Shown: positions 11,258-23,955, counted from the first letter of the stretch. The stretch: 64,000 nt of DNA from Opitutales bacterium (GCA_965226885.1 CBDDEL010000017.1:160001-224000), one strand, 5' to 3'. Notes: generated by a model not told the origin, from the letters alone. Numbers and translations are program-made.

Positions 11258-12623
11258 ATATAGTGAAACTTTAAAGGCTTTTTTGAAAACAGGTGAGCGA
11301 CAACTCCATGGATTACCTCAAGAGGTAACCGGATTGCGTAAAGACGGCTCTCTTTTCCCCATGGAGTTTGTCGTAAGTACAGCAAAAATGGAGAAAGGCC
11401 TTACAATCATCGCGGTTGTAAGAGACATTACCGAGAGAAAAAGCATTGAGAGGGAATTGGAAAACCATCGCCAAAGCCTCGAATACACGGTGGAATCCAG
11501 AACGGCTGAATTACGAATGTCGATGGAAAAACTGATGGACGCTAACTTGCAATTAAAGGAGGCCCACAGTCACCGCAGCCGTTTCATTTCATCAATGAGC
11601 CATGAGCTGCGCACTCCCTTGAGCGCCATTCTGGGGTATGCCGATCTTTACAAAAAAAATTACGGCCCAACTGCCGATGAAAAACAAAACCTCTATTTCG
11701 AGAATATATTAATCGCCGGCAAACATTTGCTCAATCTGATCAACGACATTCTCGACCTGGCCAAGATCGATTCGGGAAAAATGGAAGTCGAACTGGATAT
11801 ATTTCCTCCGGGAAAATTTGTTGAAGAAATTCTGAATATGATGAGCGCGAAATTCCAGGAAAAGAACCTGCAGGTGGAAACCTTTATAGATCCCAACCTG
11901 ACCGAAATTACCGCAGATAGACGAAAATGCCTGCAAATAATGCTGAATCTCCTTTCCAACGCATACAAATTCACACCGGAGGGAGGGCGTATTGGAATTA
12001 ACATCATCGAGGATCTGGAAAAGGGAATCAAGGTAGAGGTTTCCGACACAGGAAAGGGCATCGAACCGGGGGAAACCGGCAATATTTTTTCCGAATTTTA
12101 CCAGATCAGCAAAGCCAGTTTAAGCTCCGCCGAAGGAACGGGTATCGGGCTGGCCTTAACCCGTCGCCTGGTGGAGCTTCAAGGCGGTGAGATTGGAGTC
12201 GATAGCCAGCCGGATGCCGGCAGCACATTTTGGTTTACCCTGCCCCAAATTTCAATTTTAGAGAAATTATCCGAGAAAATCGAATCCGATGGATATGTTG
12301 AAGGTTCCACTCCAACAGGTTGTCGAATTTTACTGGCGGAAGACAGTTTGATCATTCGAACGATGCTCATGGATATGCTCAACCAGCATGATCATCAAAT
12401 CACCTTGGCCGAAAATGGACAAGAAGCAGTTGAGTCGGCCAAAAAAATCCGTCCCGACCTCATATTCATGGATATGCGAATGCCAGTCATGGATGGATTG
12501 GAGGCAACTCGCCGCATCCGGGCCATACCGGATATTGCCCAAGTGCCGATTATTGCGCTAACGGCCAGCACTGGCGCCGATGCCTATGAGCTACAAAAAG
12601 AAGCGGGTTGCAGCGACCATCTA
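11258..12623 (+). pseudogene. Hybrid sensor histidine kinase (PAS-HisKA-HATPase-REC), truncated at both ends by IS elements
   Basis: MSHELRTPL H-box, NLLSNAYKFT, GTGIGLAL, DLIFMDMRMP; starts inside a PAS domain; REC is cut just before the conserved KP. Confidence 0.85.
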
Positions 12624-14192
12624 GCCCGGATATTTCATGAAGGGTAAAGTTTGGCTCGTTATTGCTATTGGAGATGGATTTCTTTGTATTTTGAGCAGAT
12701 CGTCTTGATTTTTAGGTGTTTTTCAGGGTGTAGAGACACTGCCCCCTTTCCCCCATTGGTTCGGTAGTGCCGGGGGCAGCACCAATGCACCCTTTAGGTT
12801 GGCACCAATCGGCGGGGCGCATGGTTGAAAAGACTGGCCCAAGGATAACTCTCACTTAGGTGAAAGTGAATCGTTCGGGTGTTGCGCACGATGACCGCTC
12901 CGATCTTGATTAATTTGAGCCGCAGGGTGTGGCATTGGGCCCGCGCCCACTTCGTCCCTTTTAAGGCTAACCGGCGCATGGCTTCCATCAAGGTGTAGGC
13001 CAGCGCCGACAAGAGCAATCGCCACTGATTGGCCCACCATTGATGGGCGCTGGTGCGCTCGCTGAACAATTGCATCTGTTCCTTGATTCGGTTCTCCATT
13101 TCACCGCGGCCACAGTATACCTTGTCGTAAAGCTCCTGGGGATCGCCCGGCAGGTTCGTCACCACGAAGCGCGGGTTGGACCCCTGTGCGGTGTGTTCGG
13201 CTTTATGGATGACCAACCGCAGCCATCGCCACGAATCGGCAGCATAGACGAAGTCCTGGAATAACCGTTGTTTTTTACCCCTTAGTTCGAACCATTCTTT
13301 GGCCTGCTTTTGCAACTGCTGGGCGTCTTGCTGCAAGCGTGCATTGCGAGCCATCCCCACGATGTAACTAACTTCGTTGCGGTCGCACCAAGAGAGTATC
13401 CGGTCTCGACAAAATCCACTGTCGGCGCGCCAAATAATCCGCGTACGGGGCCAGCTTTGGCGAATCCGTTTAACCAGCAATTTGAGGATGGCCCCGGCAT
13501 GCTTGCTGGCATCGATCTTGCTCGGCCGCAGGTAGGCCACCAGCAGCTGATCACCGCAAAAAACATATAGCGGCAGAAAACAGTAATGATCATAATAACC
13601 GTGGAAAAAACGTCCCTCCTGGAGCCCGTGCACCGGAGTGTCGGTGGCGTCAAAGTCCAGGATGATCTCTTCGGGTTCCTCGGCAAAGGAGCCCATGAAC
13701 TGTTCGACCAACAGCTCGTTTACCGCAAAGGCCGCCCGCCGATCCTGCCCGTTTTCAAAACGACACAAAGTCGGCGCGCTGGCCAACGTTTCAATGCGCC
13801 CCGTTACCGTTTGCAACAATGGATCGTGGCGCAGGGTATCAAAGTCGTTCAAATCCTCATAGCCCGCCACCAGCCCGTAAACGCGCTGCCGCAGCATCCC
13901 CAAGACCTCATGGCGTACTTTGCCCTTCTGCCGTTTGTCCACTAACTGTCGGGCCGCTCGTTCGGTCAAGCCCAACTGCCGATCCACTTCCCGGATCAAA
14001 AGCAGTCCGGCATCCGAAGTAACCTCTCCGCCCTTGAAATCAACCCGCACACGGCGGCCTTTTACCCTTGTCAACTGTAGCTTTAATTGTTTACCTTTTG
14101 TCATCGCTGATATTGCTTTAATTATTGATCTATCCTGCTGTATATCAGCAGTTAAGCATATCAACGATACTTTTTTTACGAAATATCCGGGC
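12624..14192 (-). mobile_element. IS1380-family element, subtype A, copy 3
   Basis: 1569 bp, IRs, full ORF on - strand. Confidence 0.97.
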
Positions 14193-14656
14193 TAGCCGAC
14201 CGGGCGCTGCGGAGGTTGGACGATTATTTTCTGGGCGACTGGAAATTGCGAAAGGACGCACGAGGGCATCATTTCCGCCACGAGGTCATTCGCAACGATG
14301 GTCGCTCAGGCATCACTTATACCGCATATTCCTTTTCCGCCATTACCCAGCTTCTTGAAATGGCTAGAAATTTCGGCCACCAATTTGACTGGTGGGAGCG
14401 TCCCACATTGGGCGGAGCCACAATGAAAGGAGTGGCAGAAGATTTTTTCCGCTGGAATATGCTCAAGGAGGATTTCCCCTGGTATGAATTTGAAAGCGGT
14501 GAACCCCAACGGGCCACGACAGGATTCAACATCCTGGAAACCACTTACACCAGGCTCGAACTAGACAACCGGATTACCAAATGGCTGAAAGTTAACCGCC
14601 CCGTCGAAAGGCGACAAGGGGATCCCTATTGCACCCTGCTTAAAGGTGATTTGTGA
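14193..14656 (+). pseudogene. C-terminal fragment of a possible alginate-lyase-like protein
   Basis: EVIRNDGRSGITYTAYSFSAITQLLEMARNFG..DWW resembles the Alginate_lyase family C-terminus; 5' part missing. Confidence 0.45.
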
Positions 14657-14979
14657 GCCTCATTTATTAGACCAATTTATCTAAACGCTCTAGAAACTAT
14701 CTCCAATTCGATAACAACGATGTAGAGAGCAATTATGTGTATTGAGCGCAATTGACGGTCAGCGCAAGGCGGGCATTGGGAAACGCGATGGGGAGAATTA
14801 AATTTTTTTTACAAAAAATGAATAAACCCCGAATTCCGCCGTCCAATCGACAAACCAATCAATGTAAGGAAGAAAGGATTACCATGAAAAAAACAATCAG
14901 CATAATTTTAGTGGCCGCAGTTATCCTGCTGGCCTACACTCCCAAAACCCAGGCGGGCGATGATGGCTGGGCGGCTCTA

Positions 14980-16548
14980 GCCCGGATATTTCGTAAAAAA
15001 AGTATCGTTGATATGCTTAACTGCTGATATACAGCAGGATAGATCAATAATTAAAGCAATATCAGCGATGACAAAAGGTAAACAATTAAAGCTACAGTTG
15101 ACAAGGGTAAAAGGCCGCCGTGTGCGGGTTGATTTCAAGGGCGGAGAGGTTACTTCGGATGCCGGACTGCTTCTGATCCGGGAAGTGGATCGGCAGTTGG
15201 GCTTGACCGAACGAGCGGCCCGACAGTTAGTGGACAAACGGCAGAAGGGCAAAGTACGCCATGAGGTATTGGGGATGCTGCGGCAGCGCGTTTACGGGCT
15301 GGTGGCGGGCTATGAGGATTTGAACGACTTTGATACCCTGCGCCACGATCCATTGTTGCAAACGGTAACGGGGCGCATTGAAACGTTGGCCAGCGCGCCG
15401 ACTTTGTGTCGTTTTGAAAACGGGCAGGATCGGCGGGCGGCCTTTGCGGTAAACGAGCTGTTGGTCGAACAGTTCATGGGCTCCTTTGCCGAGGAACCCG
15501 AAGAGATCATCCTGGACTTTGACGCCACCGACAATCCGGTGCACGGGCTCCAGGAGGGACGTTTTTTCCACGGTTATTATGATCATTACTGTTTTCTGCC
15601 GCTATATGTTTTTTGCGGTGATCAGCTGCTGGTGGCCTACCTGCGGCCGAGCAAGATCGATGCCAGCAAGCATGCCGGGGCCATCCTCAAATTGCTGGTT
15701 AAACGGATGCGCCAAAGCTGGCCCCGTACGCGGATTATTTGGCGCGCCGACAGTGGATTTTGTCGAGACCGGATACTCTCTTGGTGCGACCGCAACGAAG
15801 TTAGTTACATCGTGGGGATGGCTCGCAATGCACGCTTGCAGCAAGACGCCCAGCAGTTGCAAAAGCAGGCCAAAGAATGGTTCGAACTAAGGGGTAAAAA
15901 ACAACGGTTATTCCAGGACTTCGTCTATGCTGCCGATTCGTGGCGATGGCTGCGGTTGGTCATCCATAAAGCCGAACACACCGCACAGGGGTCCAACCCG
16001 CGCTTCGTGGTGACGAACCTGCCGGGCGATCCCCAGGAGCTTTACGACAAGGTATACTGTGGCCGCGGTGAAATGGAGAACCGAATCAAGGAACAGATGC
16101 AATTGTTCAGCGAGCGCACCAGCGCCCATCAATGGTGGGCCAATCAGTGGCGATTGCTCTTGTCGGCGCTGGCCTACACCTTGATGGAAGCCATGCGCCG
16201 GTTAGCCTTAAAAGGGACGAAGTGGGCGCGGGCCCAATGCCACACCCTGCGGCTCAAATTAATCAAGATCGGAGCGGTCATCGTGCGCAACACCCGAACG
16301 ATTCACTTTCACCTAAGTGAGAGTTATCCTTGGGCCAGTCTTTTCAACCATGCGGCCCGCCGATTGGTGCCAACCTAAAGGGTGCATTGGTGCTGCCCCC
16401 GGCACTACCGAACCAATGGGGGAAAGGGGGCAGTGTCTCTACACCCTGAAAAACACCTAAAAATCAAGACGATCTGCTCAAAATACAAAGAAATCCATCT
16501 CCAATAGCAATAACGAGCCAAACTTTACCCTTCATGAAATATCCGGGC
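14980..16548 (+). mobile_element. IS1380-family element, subtype A, copy 4
   Basis: 1569 bp, IRs, full ORF. Confidence 0.97.
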
Positions 16549-16550
16549 TA

Positions 16551-18119
16551 GCCCGGAAATTTCATAAAAAAAGTATCGCTGATATGCTTATCTGCTGATA
16601 TACAGCAGGATAGATTAAACATTAAAGCAATATCAGCGATGACAAAAAGTAAACAATTAGAACTACAGTTGACAAGGGTAAAAGGCCGCCGTGTGCGGGT
16701 TGATTTTAAGGGCGGTGAGGTTACTTCGGATGCCGGGCTGCTTTTGATCCGGGAAGTGGATCGGCGGTTGGGCTTGACCGAGCAAGCGGCCCGGCAATTA
16801 GTAGACAAACGGCAGAAGGGCAAAGTGCGCCATGAGATGCTGGCCATGATCCGGCAGCGCGTTTACGGGCTGGGGGCGGGCTATGAGGATTTGAACGACT
16901 TTGACACCCTGCGCCGCGATCCTTTGTTGCAAACGGTAACGGGGCGCACTGAAGCGTTGGCCAGCGCGCCGACTTTGTGTCGTTTTGAAAACGGGCAGGA
17001 TCGGCGGGCAGCCTTTGCCCTGAACGAGTTGCTGGTCGAACAGTTCATCGGATCCTTTGCCGAGGAACCCGAAGAGATCATCCTGGACTTTGACGCCACC
17101 GACAATCCGGTGCACGGGCTCCAGGAGGGACGTTTTTTCCACGGTTATTATGATCATTACTGTTTTTTGCCGCTGTATGTTTTTTGCGGCGATCAGCTTC
17201 TGGTGGCCTACCTGCGGCCCAGCAAGATCGATGCGAGCAAGCATGCCGGGGCCATCCTCAAATTGCTGGTTAAACGGATTCGCCAAAGCTGGCCCCATAC
17301 GCGGATTATTTGGCGTGCCGACAGCGGATTCTGCCGGGATCGGATTCTCTCGTGGTGCGAGCGCAACGAGGTCTATTTTATAGTGGGAACGGCCCGCCAT
17401 GCACGCTTGCAGCAAGCGGCCCGGCAGTTGCAGGAGCAAGCCAAACAATGGTTCGAGGGTAGCGGCAAAAAGCAACGGCTGTTTCAGCACTTCGAGTATG
17501 GGGCAAAATCGTGGCGGCGCCAACGCCTTATCATCCACAAAGCCGAACACACCGCACAGGGGTCCAACCCGCGCTTCGTGGTGACGAACCTGCAGGGCGA
17601 TCCCCAAGAGCTTTACGACAAAGTATACTGTGGCCGCGGTGAGATGGAGAACCGGATCAAGGAACAGATGCAATTGTTCAGCGAACGCACCAGCGCGCAT
17701 AAATGGTGGGCCAACCAGTGGCGATTGCTCTTGTCGGGGCTGGCCTACACCTTGATGGAAGCCTTGCGCCGGTTCGCATTAAAAGGGACGAAGTGGGCGC
17801 GGCTCCAATGCCACAGTCTACGGCTAAAATTAATCAAGATCGGAGCGGTAATCGTGCGCAACACCCGAACGATTCACTTTCATCTAAGTGAAAGTTATCC
17901 ATGGGCCAGTCTTTTCAACCATGCGGCCCGCCGGTTGGTGCCAACCTAAAGGGCGCATTGGCGCTGCCCCCGGCGCTACCGAACCAATGGGGGAAAGGGG
18001 GAAGTGTCTCTACACCCTGAAAAACACCTCAAAATCAAGACGATCCGCCCAAAATACAAAGAAATCCATCTCCAATAGCAATAACGAGCCAAACTTTACC
18101 CTTCATGAAATATCCGGGC
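16551..18119 (+). mobile_element. IS1380-family element, subtype B, copy 5 (ORF 16639-17949)
   Basis: 1569 bp; diverged variant (MTKSKQLEL, QHFEYGAKSW); separated from copy 4 by TA only. Confidence 0.97.
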
Positions 18120-18537
18120 TAGGAGGTTTTCTCGGCGGCGTCATTGTAAGCAGCATCGGCCATGACATCAGGAAAAATCGCCACGGCAGTCATCATGGAA
18201 ATCGCGGCAGTGTGGAAATTAGCTACGGTCGTAATTATGGCTCCGGCCACCACAACAAAGGGCATTATGAATACCGCACCATCAAACGTTGGGTGCCCGG
18301 CTATTGGGAATACCGGGACCGCTTTTGCGACACCCCCATCAAAGTTTGGGTGGAAGGGCGTTATATTTACCACAAAGAAAAAGTTTGGGTGAGGGATTAC
18401 GGCCGACATGGCGGCTATTATTCTCAACATCACACATATAACAAGCGATCCAGCCGCCACGGGCGGTAATTGAGATAATTCGCTGAAAATCATTCCGTTG
18501 CCATAATGGCGAAAATAACATTTGTATTGGCCCTGTC

Positions 18538-19035
18538 ATGAACTGCCAAGAAGCCGAGTTGCTTATTAGCCAGTCGCTGGACGGGGAGCTGGATTCTCCG
18601 GCCAGCCAATCTTTACTCCAAGAACATCTGGAGTCATGCCCCGCTTGTCGAAACCGTGCCCAGACATGGAGAAATTTCGCCCAATTCATGCGCCAGGACG
18701 AGATTTCCACGCCCCCACCGGTGGAAGCGGCCTGGCGGGAAATCAGGCGGGGAATCCAGTCAGAGGAATCGCCCCAATCCGATGAAATTCCGGAAAAAAC
18801 CGCAACCGCGTCTCCCTGGTTTTGGCGCGCGCCCACCGCCATTGCCGCCCTCCTTGCGTTATCGCTGGGGCTTTATTTTGTTTTTCCATCCTCAAAGGAA
18901 AATGCGCCCGCCTACGCCGAAACGACCGAAGTTGAATTTATGGAAACCGATATTCCCGGCGCCGGTACCCTCGTCTATGTCGATCAGGACTCCGGCTGGA
19001 CTATTCTTTGGGTAGTGGAATCGGCCGAAGGTTGA
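18538..19035 (+). CDS. Zinc-finger (zf-HC2) transmembrane anti-sigma factor
   Basis: MNCQE..LDGEL..HLESCPAC followed by one TM helix. Confidence 0.8.
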   Translation: MNCQEAELLISQSLDGELDSPASQSLLQEHLESCPACRNRAQTWRNFAQFMRQDEISTPPPVEAAWREIRRGIQSEESPQSDEIPEKTATASPWFWRAPTAIAALLALSLGLYFVFPSSKENAPAYAETTEVEFMETDIPGAGTLVYVDQDSGWTILWVVESAEG

Positions 19036-19085
19036 TCGGGAAAAACTTGATCCAGTCGGCAGGAAATTTTATCCACTCACCACAG

Positions 19086-19766
19086 ATGGATAAAAAATAT
19101 ATTACCTTAACCGATTCCCTCTACGAATACCTGCAAAATGTTTCCCTGCGAGAGCCGGACATCCTCCGGCGGCTGCGGGAGGAAACCGCCCGTGATCCCT
19201 TGGCCATGATGCAAATCTCCCCCGACCAGGGACAATTTATGGCCTTGCTGGCACGTCTTTTAAATGCCCGCCACTATCTGGAGATCGGCGTCTTTACCGG
19301 TTATAGCGCCCTGTCCTTGGCTATGGCTTTGCCCCCGAACGGGAAAATAACGGCCTGCGACATCAGCCCGGAATGGACTCCCATTGCCCGTCGCTATTGG
19401 AAAGAAGCCGGCCTTGAGGAAAAAATCGATCTTCGTCTCGGTCCCGCCGCCGACACCCTTGCTGCGCTCCTTGAAAATGGTGCGGAAGCCTCCTACGACA
19501 TGGCTTTCATCGATGCCGACAAGGAAAATTATCAGGCTTACTTTGAATACTGTCTCAAACTGGTCAGGCCGGGCGGCCTCATCTTAGTCGATAACGTGCT
19601 CTGGGGCGGCCAGGTAGTCGATGAGTCCGCCCAGGATGAAAGCACTGTGGCTATCCGTGAATTCAACCGTCGGCTGAAAGATGACAACCGGGTGCGCATA
19701 AGCTTGCTGCCGGTGGGCGACGGTCTCACTCTGGCAGTCCTACCCTTGCCTTCTGCCGCCCCCTAA
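19086..19766 (+). CDS. Caffeoyl-CoA-type O-methyltransferase
   Basis: LEIGVFTGYS, FIDADK, VDNVLWGG, GDGLTL. Confidence 0.92.
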   Translation: MDKKYITLTDSLYEYLQNVSLREPDILRRLREETARDPLAMMQISPDQGQFMALLARLLNARHYLEIGVFTGYSALSLAMALPPNGKITACDISPEWTPIARRYWKEAGLEEKIDLRLGPAADTLAALLENGAEASYDMAFIDADKENYQAYFEYCLKLVRPGGLILVDNVLWGGQVVDESAQDESTVAIREFNRRLKDDNRVRISLLPVGDGLTLAVLPLPSAAP

Positions 19767-20704
19767 TTGGCCAGCGGAGAGCAGACATTAACGAAAATCG
19801 ACCTCAGCCGGGCCATGTCCTCCTCCGCCAACGGCGGCCCTTCAACCGCTTTGATATTTTCTTCTAGATGTTCAATATTCGACGTGCCGGTAAGGATCGT
19901 GTGGACCGCGGGATGAGCGGCCACATATTTATAACCGGCGGCGGGAAGCGAGGTTACGGATCCCTTCACCAGCCAATCAAGCGGCCTATCTCCGGACAGT
20001 GCATTTGGATCAAGCCACCCTTGATCGATAGCTTCATTGAGGCGCTTGCGCAAATACTCCGGTTGGGCAAGGGAGCGCCGGACCGGGACCATGCAGATGA
20101 CACCGGCAGTCTTGTCCCCGCAAAGCGGCAGCAAAGTCTTTTCCGGTGATGGGCTGAGGAGATTATAACCGACCATTATGGTGTCGAAACAATCATCCCG
20201 CAGAGCCATCCCCAGCATCTCGTGAGGCCCGTCCAGGCTAAAAGTCTCCGACACCCCGATAAACCCGATTTTCCCCTCATCCTTGAGCTTCAACAATGCC
20301 GGCATCAGGTTTTCGACCGACTGCGTATAGAGTTGCGGACGCAGCCCATGATATTGAAGGATATCAATTGTCTCCACCCGCAATCGCCCCAAGCTGCACT
20401 CGACCGATTGAACGAGTTTCTTCGGCGTGGTCGGCTCCTCCAAGCTCCCAACTTGAAATTTTGTCGACAGAATATAAGATTCCCGCGCAACGCCGCGCAG
20501 GGCCCGGCCCAACATCGCTTCGCTTTCCCGGTAGCTGGCAGCGGTATCGAAATAATTGATTCCGCGGTCCAAAGCCAGCTTCACGAGATTGCCGATATCA
20601 TTTTCGGAAACGCCGCTACGCTGCCCGAACTGGCTCGGACCGCCCGTCCCAATACCAAGCCGGGAAATCCGCAACCCCGTCCGCCCTAATGTTCGATATT
20701 CCAT
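19763..20704 (-). CDS. Aldo/keto reductase
   Basis: MEYRTLGRTGL, GINYFDTA..Y, LSTK, GKIGFIGVS. Confidence 0.92.
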   Translation of the reverse strand: MEYRTLGRTGLRISRLGIGTGGPSQFGQRSGVSENDIGNLVKLALDRGINYFDTAASYRESEAMLGRALRGVARESYILSTKFQVGSLEEPTTPKKLVQSVECSLGRLRVETIDILQYHGLRPQLYTQSVENLMPALLKLKDEGKIGFIGVSETFSLDGPHEMLGMALRDDCFDTIMVGYNLLSPSPEKTLLPLCGDKTAGVICMVPVRRSLAQPEYLRKRLNEAIDQGWLDPNALSGDRPLDWLVKGSVTSLPAAGYKYVAAHPAVHTILTGTSNIEHLEENIKAVEGPPLAEEDMARLRSIFVNVCSPLAN

Positions 20705-20747
20705 GTCCTGAAAATAATATCCGGTTTCATCCAAAGTCGATTCTCAT

Positions 20748-21534
20748 TTACGACAATCGGCCGCAATAGACTTGAGTATCGTATTCGAAATGGACCAGTC
20801 CGTCCACCTCGTGCCGGTCGAATATTTCATTCATACGTTTCAGCATTGGCACGTAATTGGGATGATCGGGGGTTGGGGTATAGGAGGAAGAAAACAAACG
20901 GCCGGAAAAACCATCGCGAGTTAAAGGCTGTTTATAATCAAAAGCGTCCCAACATACTTCGGAATGCCCAAAAAAATCTTGTATCTTCTCAAGGCCCAAA
21001 CCGCGATGAAGAACCTTTCCGAATTCGATACCGTACCGAATTCGATACCGTATTTTAAGAGCATTTCTTCATAATCGCTTAAAAATGGCGTTGAGAGATG
21101 CCAGCGGGCATTCCACACCACGGCCAAATAACCATCCGGTTTCAAAATCCTTTCAAATTCCCGGCGAGTCGCCAACGGCTCGAACCAATGAAAAGCCTGG
21201 GCCGCCGCAACCAAATCCACGGACGACTTGGGAAGATTGGTCTTTTCGGCCTGTCCGTCGATCGCCTGAAATGGATCGAATCGAGCTAAAAATGCTTCCC
21301 CCGCCTCGCGCATTTCGCGATTGGGTTCTACCCCCCTACCCCCAATACAGAGTAATTTCGCTCCAGCAGTTGTTTGGCAAAGAGGCCGGTGCCGCAACCG
21401 ATGTCGGCAATAACCGAATCCCGAGACAAACCGCATTTTTCTTCCAGAAAGTCGATTGCCTGGGGTGGATAAGAAGGTCTGTATTTGCGGTAATCATCGA
21501 CGCGGCTGGAAAATCTGGCGGTGGGATCGAGCAT
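20748..21534 (-). pseudogene. Class I SAM methyltransferase with two duplication-caused frameshifts
   Basis: YRPSYP, ADIGCGTG, AAQAFHWF; 8-bp duplication at 21328-21343 and 17-bp duplication at 21019-21052; removing both restores one frame. Confidence 0.88.
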
Positions 21535-21667
21535 TTTTATTTGAAGATATTGATATCCATTTAAGCCGGAACCGCAATTAGATACGGTAGCCGCAAGTCG
21601 TTTTTTCTGGAATTGTGCCGTGCTCTTCTATAAATCCAATCAGTTTTGACACTTTGAATGACTCTGA

Positions 21668-22915
21668 ATGGAAACAATGAATTTCATGACCCCTCAACAG
21701 GCTGAAGAGATCCGTAACCGTTTCGGAACGCCAGTCTATGTCTATGACGAACACGCTTTGCGCCTGGCCGCGGAGTCGTTGCTCGGCTTTCCCCATGCCT
21801 ATGGTTTTACCGCCCGTTTCGCCATGAAGGCCTGCTCCAATGCAGCCATATTGAAAATTTTCGACCGCCTAGGCTTGCAGTTCGACGCCAGTAGTGGGTT
21901 TGAGTGCGAACGAGCCATCAAAGCCGGTATCGACCCAAAAAATATCAGTCTCAGCAGCCAGGAATTTCCGCACGATTTTGACCATCTTTTTGAAAAAGGC
22001 ATCCATTTCAACGCCTGCTCGCTTTTGCAAGTTGAGCGCTTCGGGCAAATGTTTCCGGGCCGTGAAATAGGGCTTCGTTTCAACCCGGGGCTCGGCTCCG
22101 GCAGCACCAATCGCACCAATACAGGGGGGCCCGCGGCCAGTTTCGGCATCTGGCATGAGCATCTCGAAAAAGTCCGGAAACTGGCTTGCAAATACGACTT
22201 GACGGTCGGCCTTATCCATACCCACATCGGTTCCGGTAGCGACCCCATCCTGTGGCAACGCGCCGCAGACCTTAGCCTTGACTTGGTGCGGCAATTCCCG
22301 GGTGTGAGAACTCTCAATCTGGGGGGCGGCTTCAAGGTCGGGCGTATGCCCGGCGAGCCGACCAGCGATCTTTCCATTATCGGGCAACCGGTAAAGTCGG
22401 CCTTTATTAAATTGCATGAGGAAACCGGTCGCAAAATTCATCTTGAGCTGGAACCAGGCACCTTCCTGATTGCCAATGCCGGGACAATCCTGACGACTGT
22501 GCGCGACATTGTCGATACGGGCCAAAAGGGTTATAAATTCCTCAAACTGGACATCGGCATGAACGACATCCTGCGCCCTTCCCTCTATGGGGCGCAACAC
22601 CCGATTGCGCTTGTTAAGAAACAAGAAAGCGAACAAACGGAAACCTATGTCATCGTCGGGCATTGCTGCGAATCAGGCGATTTGCTCACCCCGCAGCCCG
22701 CCCAACCGGAGTTGCTGGCCCCGCGGGAAATGGCAACAGCCACGTTGGGCGACCTCTGTGTTATCGGGGGAACTGGCGCTTATTGCTCTTCCTTGGCGGC
22801 CATCAATTACAATTCCTTTCCCCAATCGCCCGAGGTCTTAATTACCGAAAACGGGGAACCCCTCCTCATCCGCCAACGCCAGACTCTCAACCAAATACTC
22901 CAGAATGAACTATAG
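21668..22915 (+). CDS. lysA: Diaminopimelate decarboxylase
   Basis: GTPVYVYD, FAMKA, HTHIGSG, NLGGG, EPG, CESGD motifs. Confidence 0.92.
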   Translation: METMNFMTPQQAEEIRNRFGTPVYVYDEHALRLAAESLLGFPHAYGFTARFAMKACSNAAILKIFDRLGLQFDASSGFECERAIKAGIDPKNISLSSQEFPHDFDHLFEKGIHFNACSLLQVERFGQMFPGREIGLRFNPGLGSGSTNRTNTGGPAASFGIWHEHLEKVRKLACKYDLTVGLIHTHIGSGSDPILWQRAADLSLDLVRQFPGVRTLNLGGGFKVGRMPGEPTSDLSIIGQPVKSAFIKLHEETGRKIHLELEPGTFLIANAGTILTTVRDIVDTGQKGYKFLKLDIGMNDILRPSLYGAQHPIALVKKQESEQTETYVIVGHCCESGDLLTPQPAQPELLAPREMATATLGDLCVIGGTGAYCSSLAAINYNSFPQSPEVLITENGEPLLIRQRQTLNQILQNEL

Positions 22916-22941
22916 AACTTAACTCAGGCGAAACGAAAACT

Positions 22942-23955
22942 ATGAATAACAATAGCAACGGCAACGAACTCAAATGGTTTAAAGGCAATACCCATACCCA
23001 TACCCTCAATTCGGACGGCGATAGCCCTCCCGGAGAAGTGGCCCAATGGTATCGCGATCACGATTACGATTTTCTCGTCTTGAGCGACCACAATTACCTC
23101 ACAAAGATTGATGAGCTACAGCATCAGCTCGATCACCAGCGCAAGCGCAAGCAATTTGAATACAAACCGTTTTTGCTCATACCGGGAGAGGAAACATCCA
23201 GCGATATAACCATTGATGGTAAGCGTCAAGTCATCCACGTGAATGGCATCAATACCGCAAGGGTTATCGGCAATCAGGAAGGAGATACCGGTCGTGAAAT
23301 TATGCAGAAAGCCATTGACGAGATACACGGCGCGGGCGGATTCCCCCACGTCAACCATCCCAATTTTTATTGGTCCATCAGCGCGGACGACCTCTATTCC
23401 ATGAAACGCCTGCGTCATTTCGAAATCTTTAATGGCCACCAGAAAGTTCACGTTTCTGGCGGCGGAGGGCATCTCAGCGTCGATGAAATGTGGGACGACC
23501 TCCTTAGCCGGGGCCGTATCTACTACGGTCTGGCCACGGACGATGGCCATCATTTCCAGGATTGGGGGCCTCATGTTGCCAACCCCGGCCGCGGTTGGAT
23601 TGTCGTCAGAGCGGCTGAACTGACTCGCCAATCCGTGATCGAAGCAATACGGGGAGGAGATTTTTACGCCTCCACAGGTGTCGAACTGGAAGATGTCTCC
23701 ATGACAGAAAATACCTTGCGGATAAAAATAATGCCCGAGGTATTCGACGAACCGAAAAAAAGCCAGAATGCCAACTGCTACCGCACCTGTTTTATCGGTC
23801 AGGGAGGAAAGGTTCTCAAAATTGACGAATCCATGGAACCCGTTTACCGGCTCCAACCCGAAGACCTCTATGTCCGTGCCAAGGTAGTATCCAGCAACGG
23901 CCGAAACGCCTGGACCCAGCCTCTCTTTGCACCCGGCCAAGGGACCTTCGAGTAA
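22942..23955 (+). CDS. PHP-domain (CehA/McbA-like) metallohydrolase
   Basis: KGNTHTHT..SDG, SDHN, NHP, DDGH, FYASTG, AWTQP. Confidence 0.85.
   Translation: MNNNSNGNELKWFKGNTHTHTLNSDGDSPPGEVAQWYRDHDYDFLVLSDHNYLTKIDELQHQLDHQRKRKQFEYKPFLLIPGEETSSDITIDGKRQVIHVNGINTARVIGNQEGDTGREIMQKAIDEIHGAGGFPHVNHPNFYWSISADDLYSMKRLRHFEIFNGHQKVHVSGGGGHLSVDEMWDDLLSRGRIYYGLATDDGHHFQDWGPHVANPGRGWIVVRAAELTRQSVIEAIRGGDFYASTGVELEDVSMTENTLRIKIMPEVFDEPKKSQNANCYRTCFIGQGGKVLKIDESMEPVYRLQPEDLYVRAKVVSSNGRNAWTQPLFAPGQGTFE

Larger units (their letters stand above)
14884..18469 (+). pseudogene. Secreted His/Gly/Trp-rich (YXWGXW-like) protein split by a tandem IS1380 pair
   Basis: Removing the ISs restores the frame MKKTIS..AGDDGWAAL|GGFLGGVIV..RWVPGYWEY..VWVEGRY; N-terminal signal peptide. 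Confidence 0.8.
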
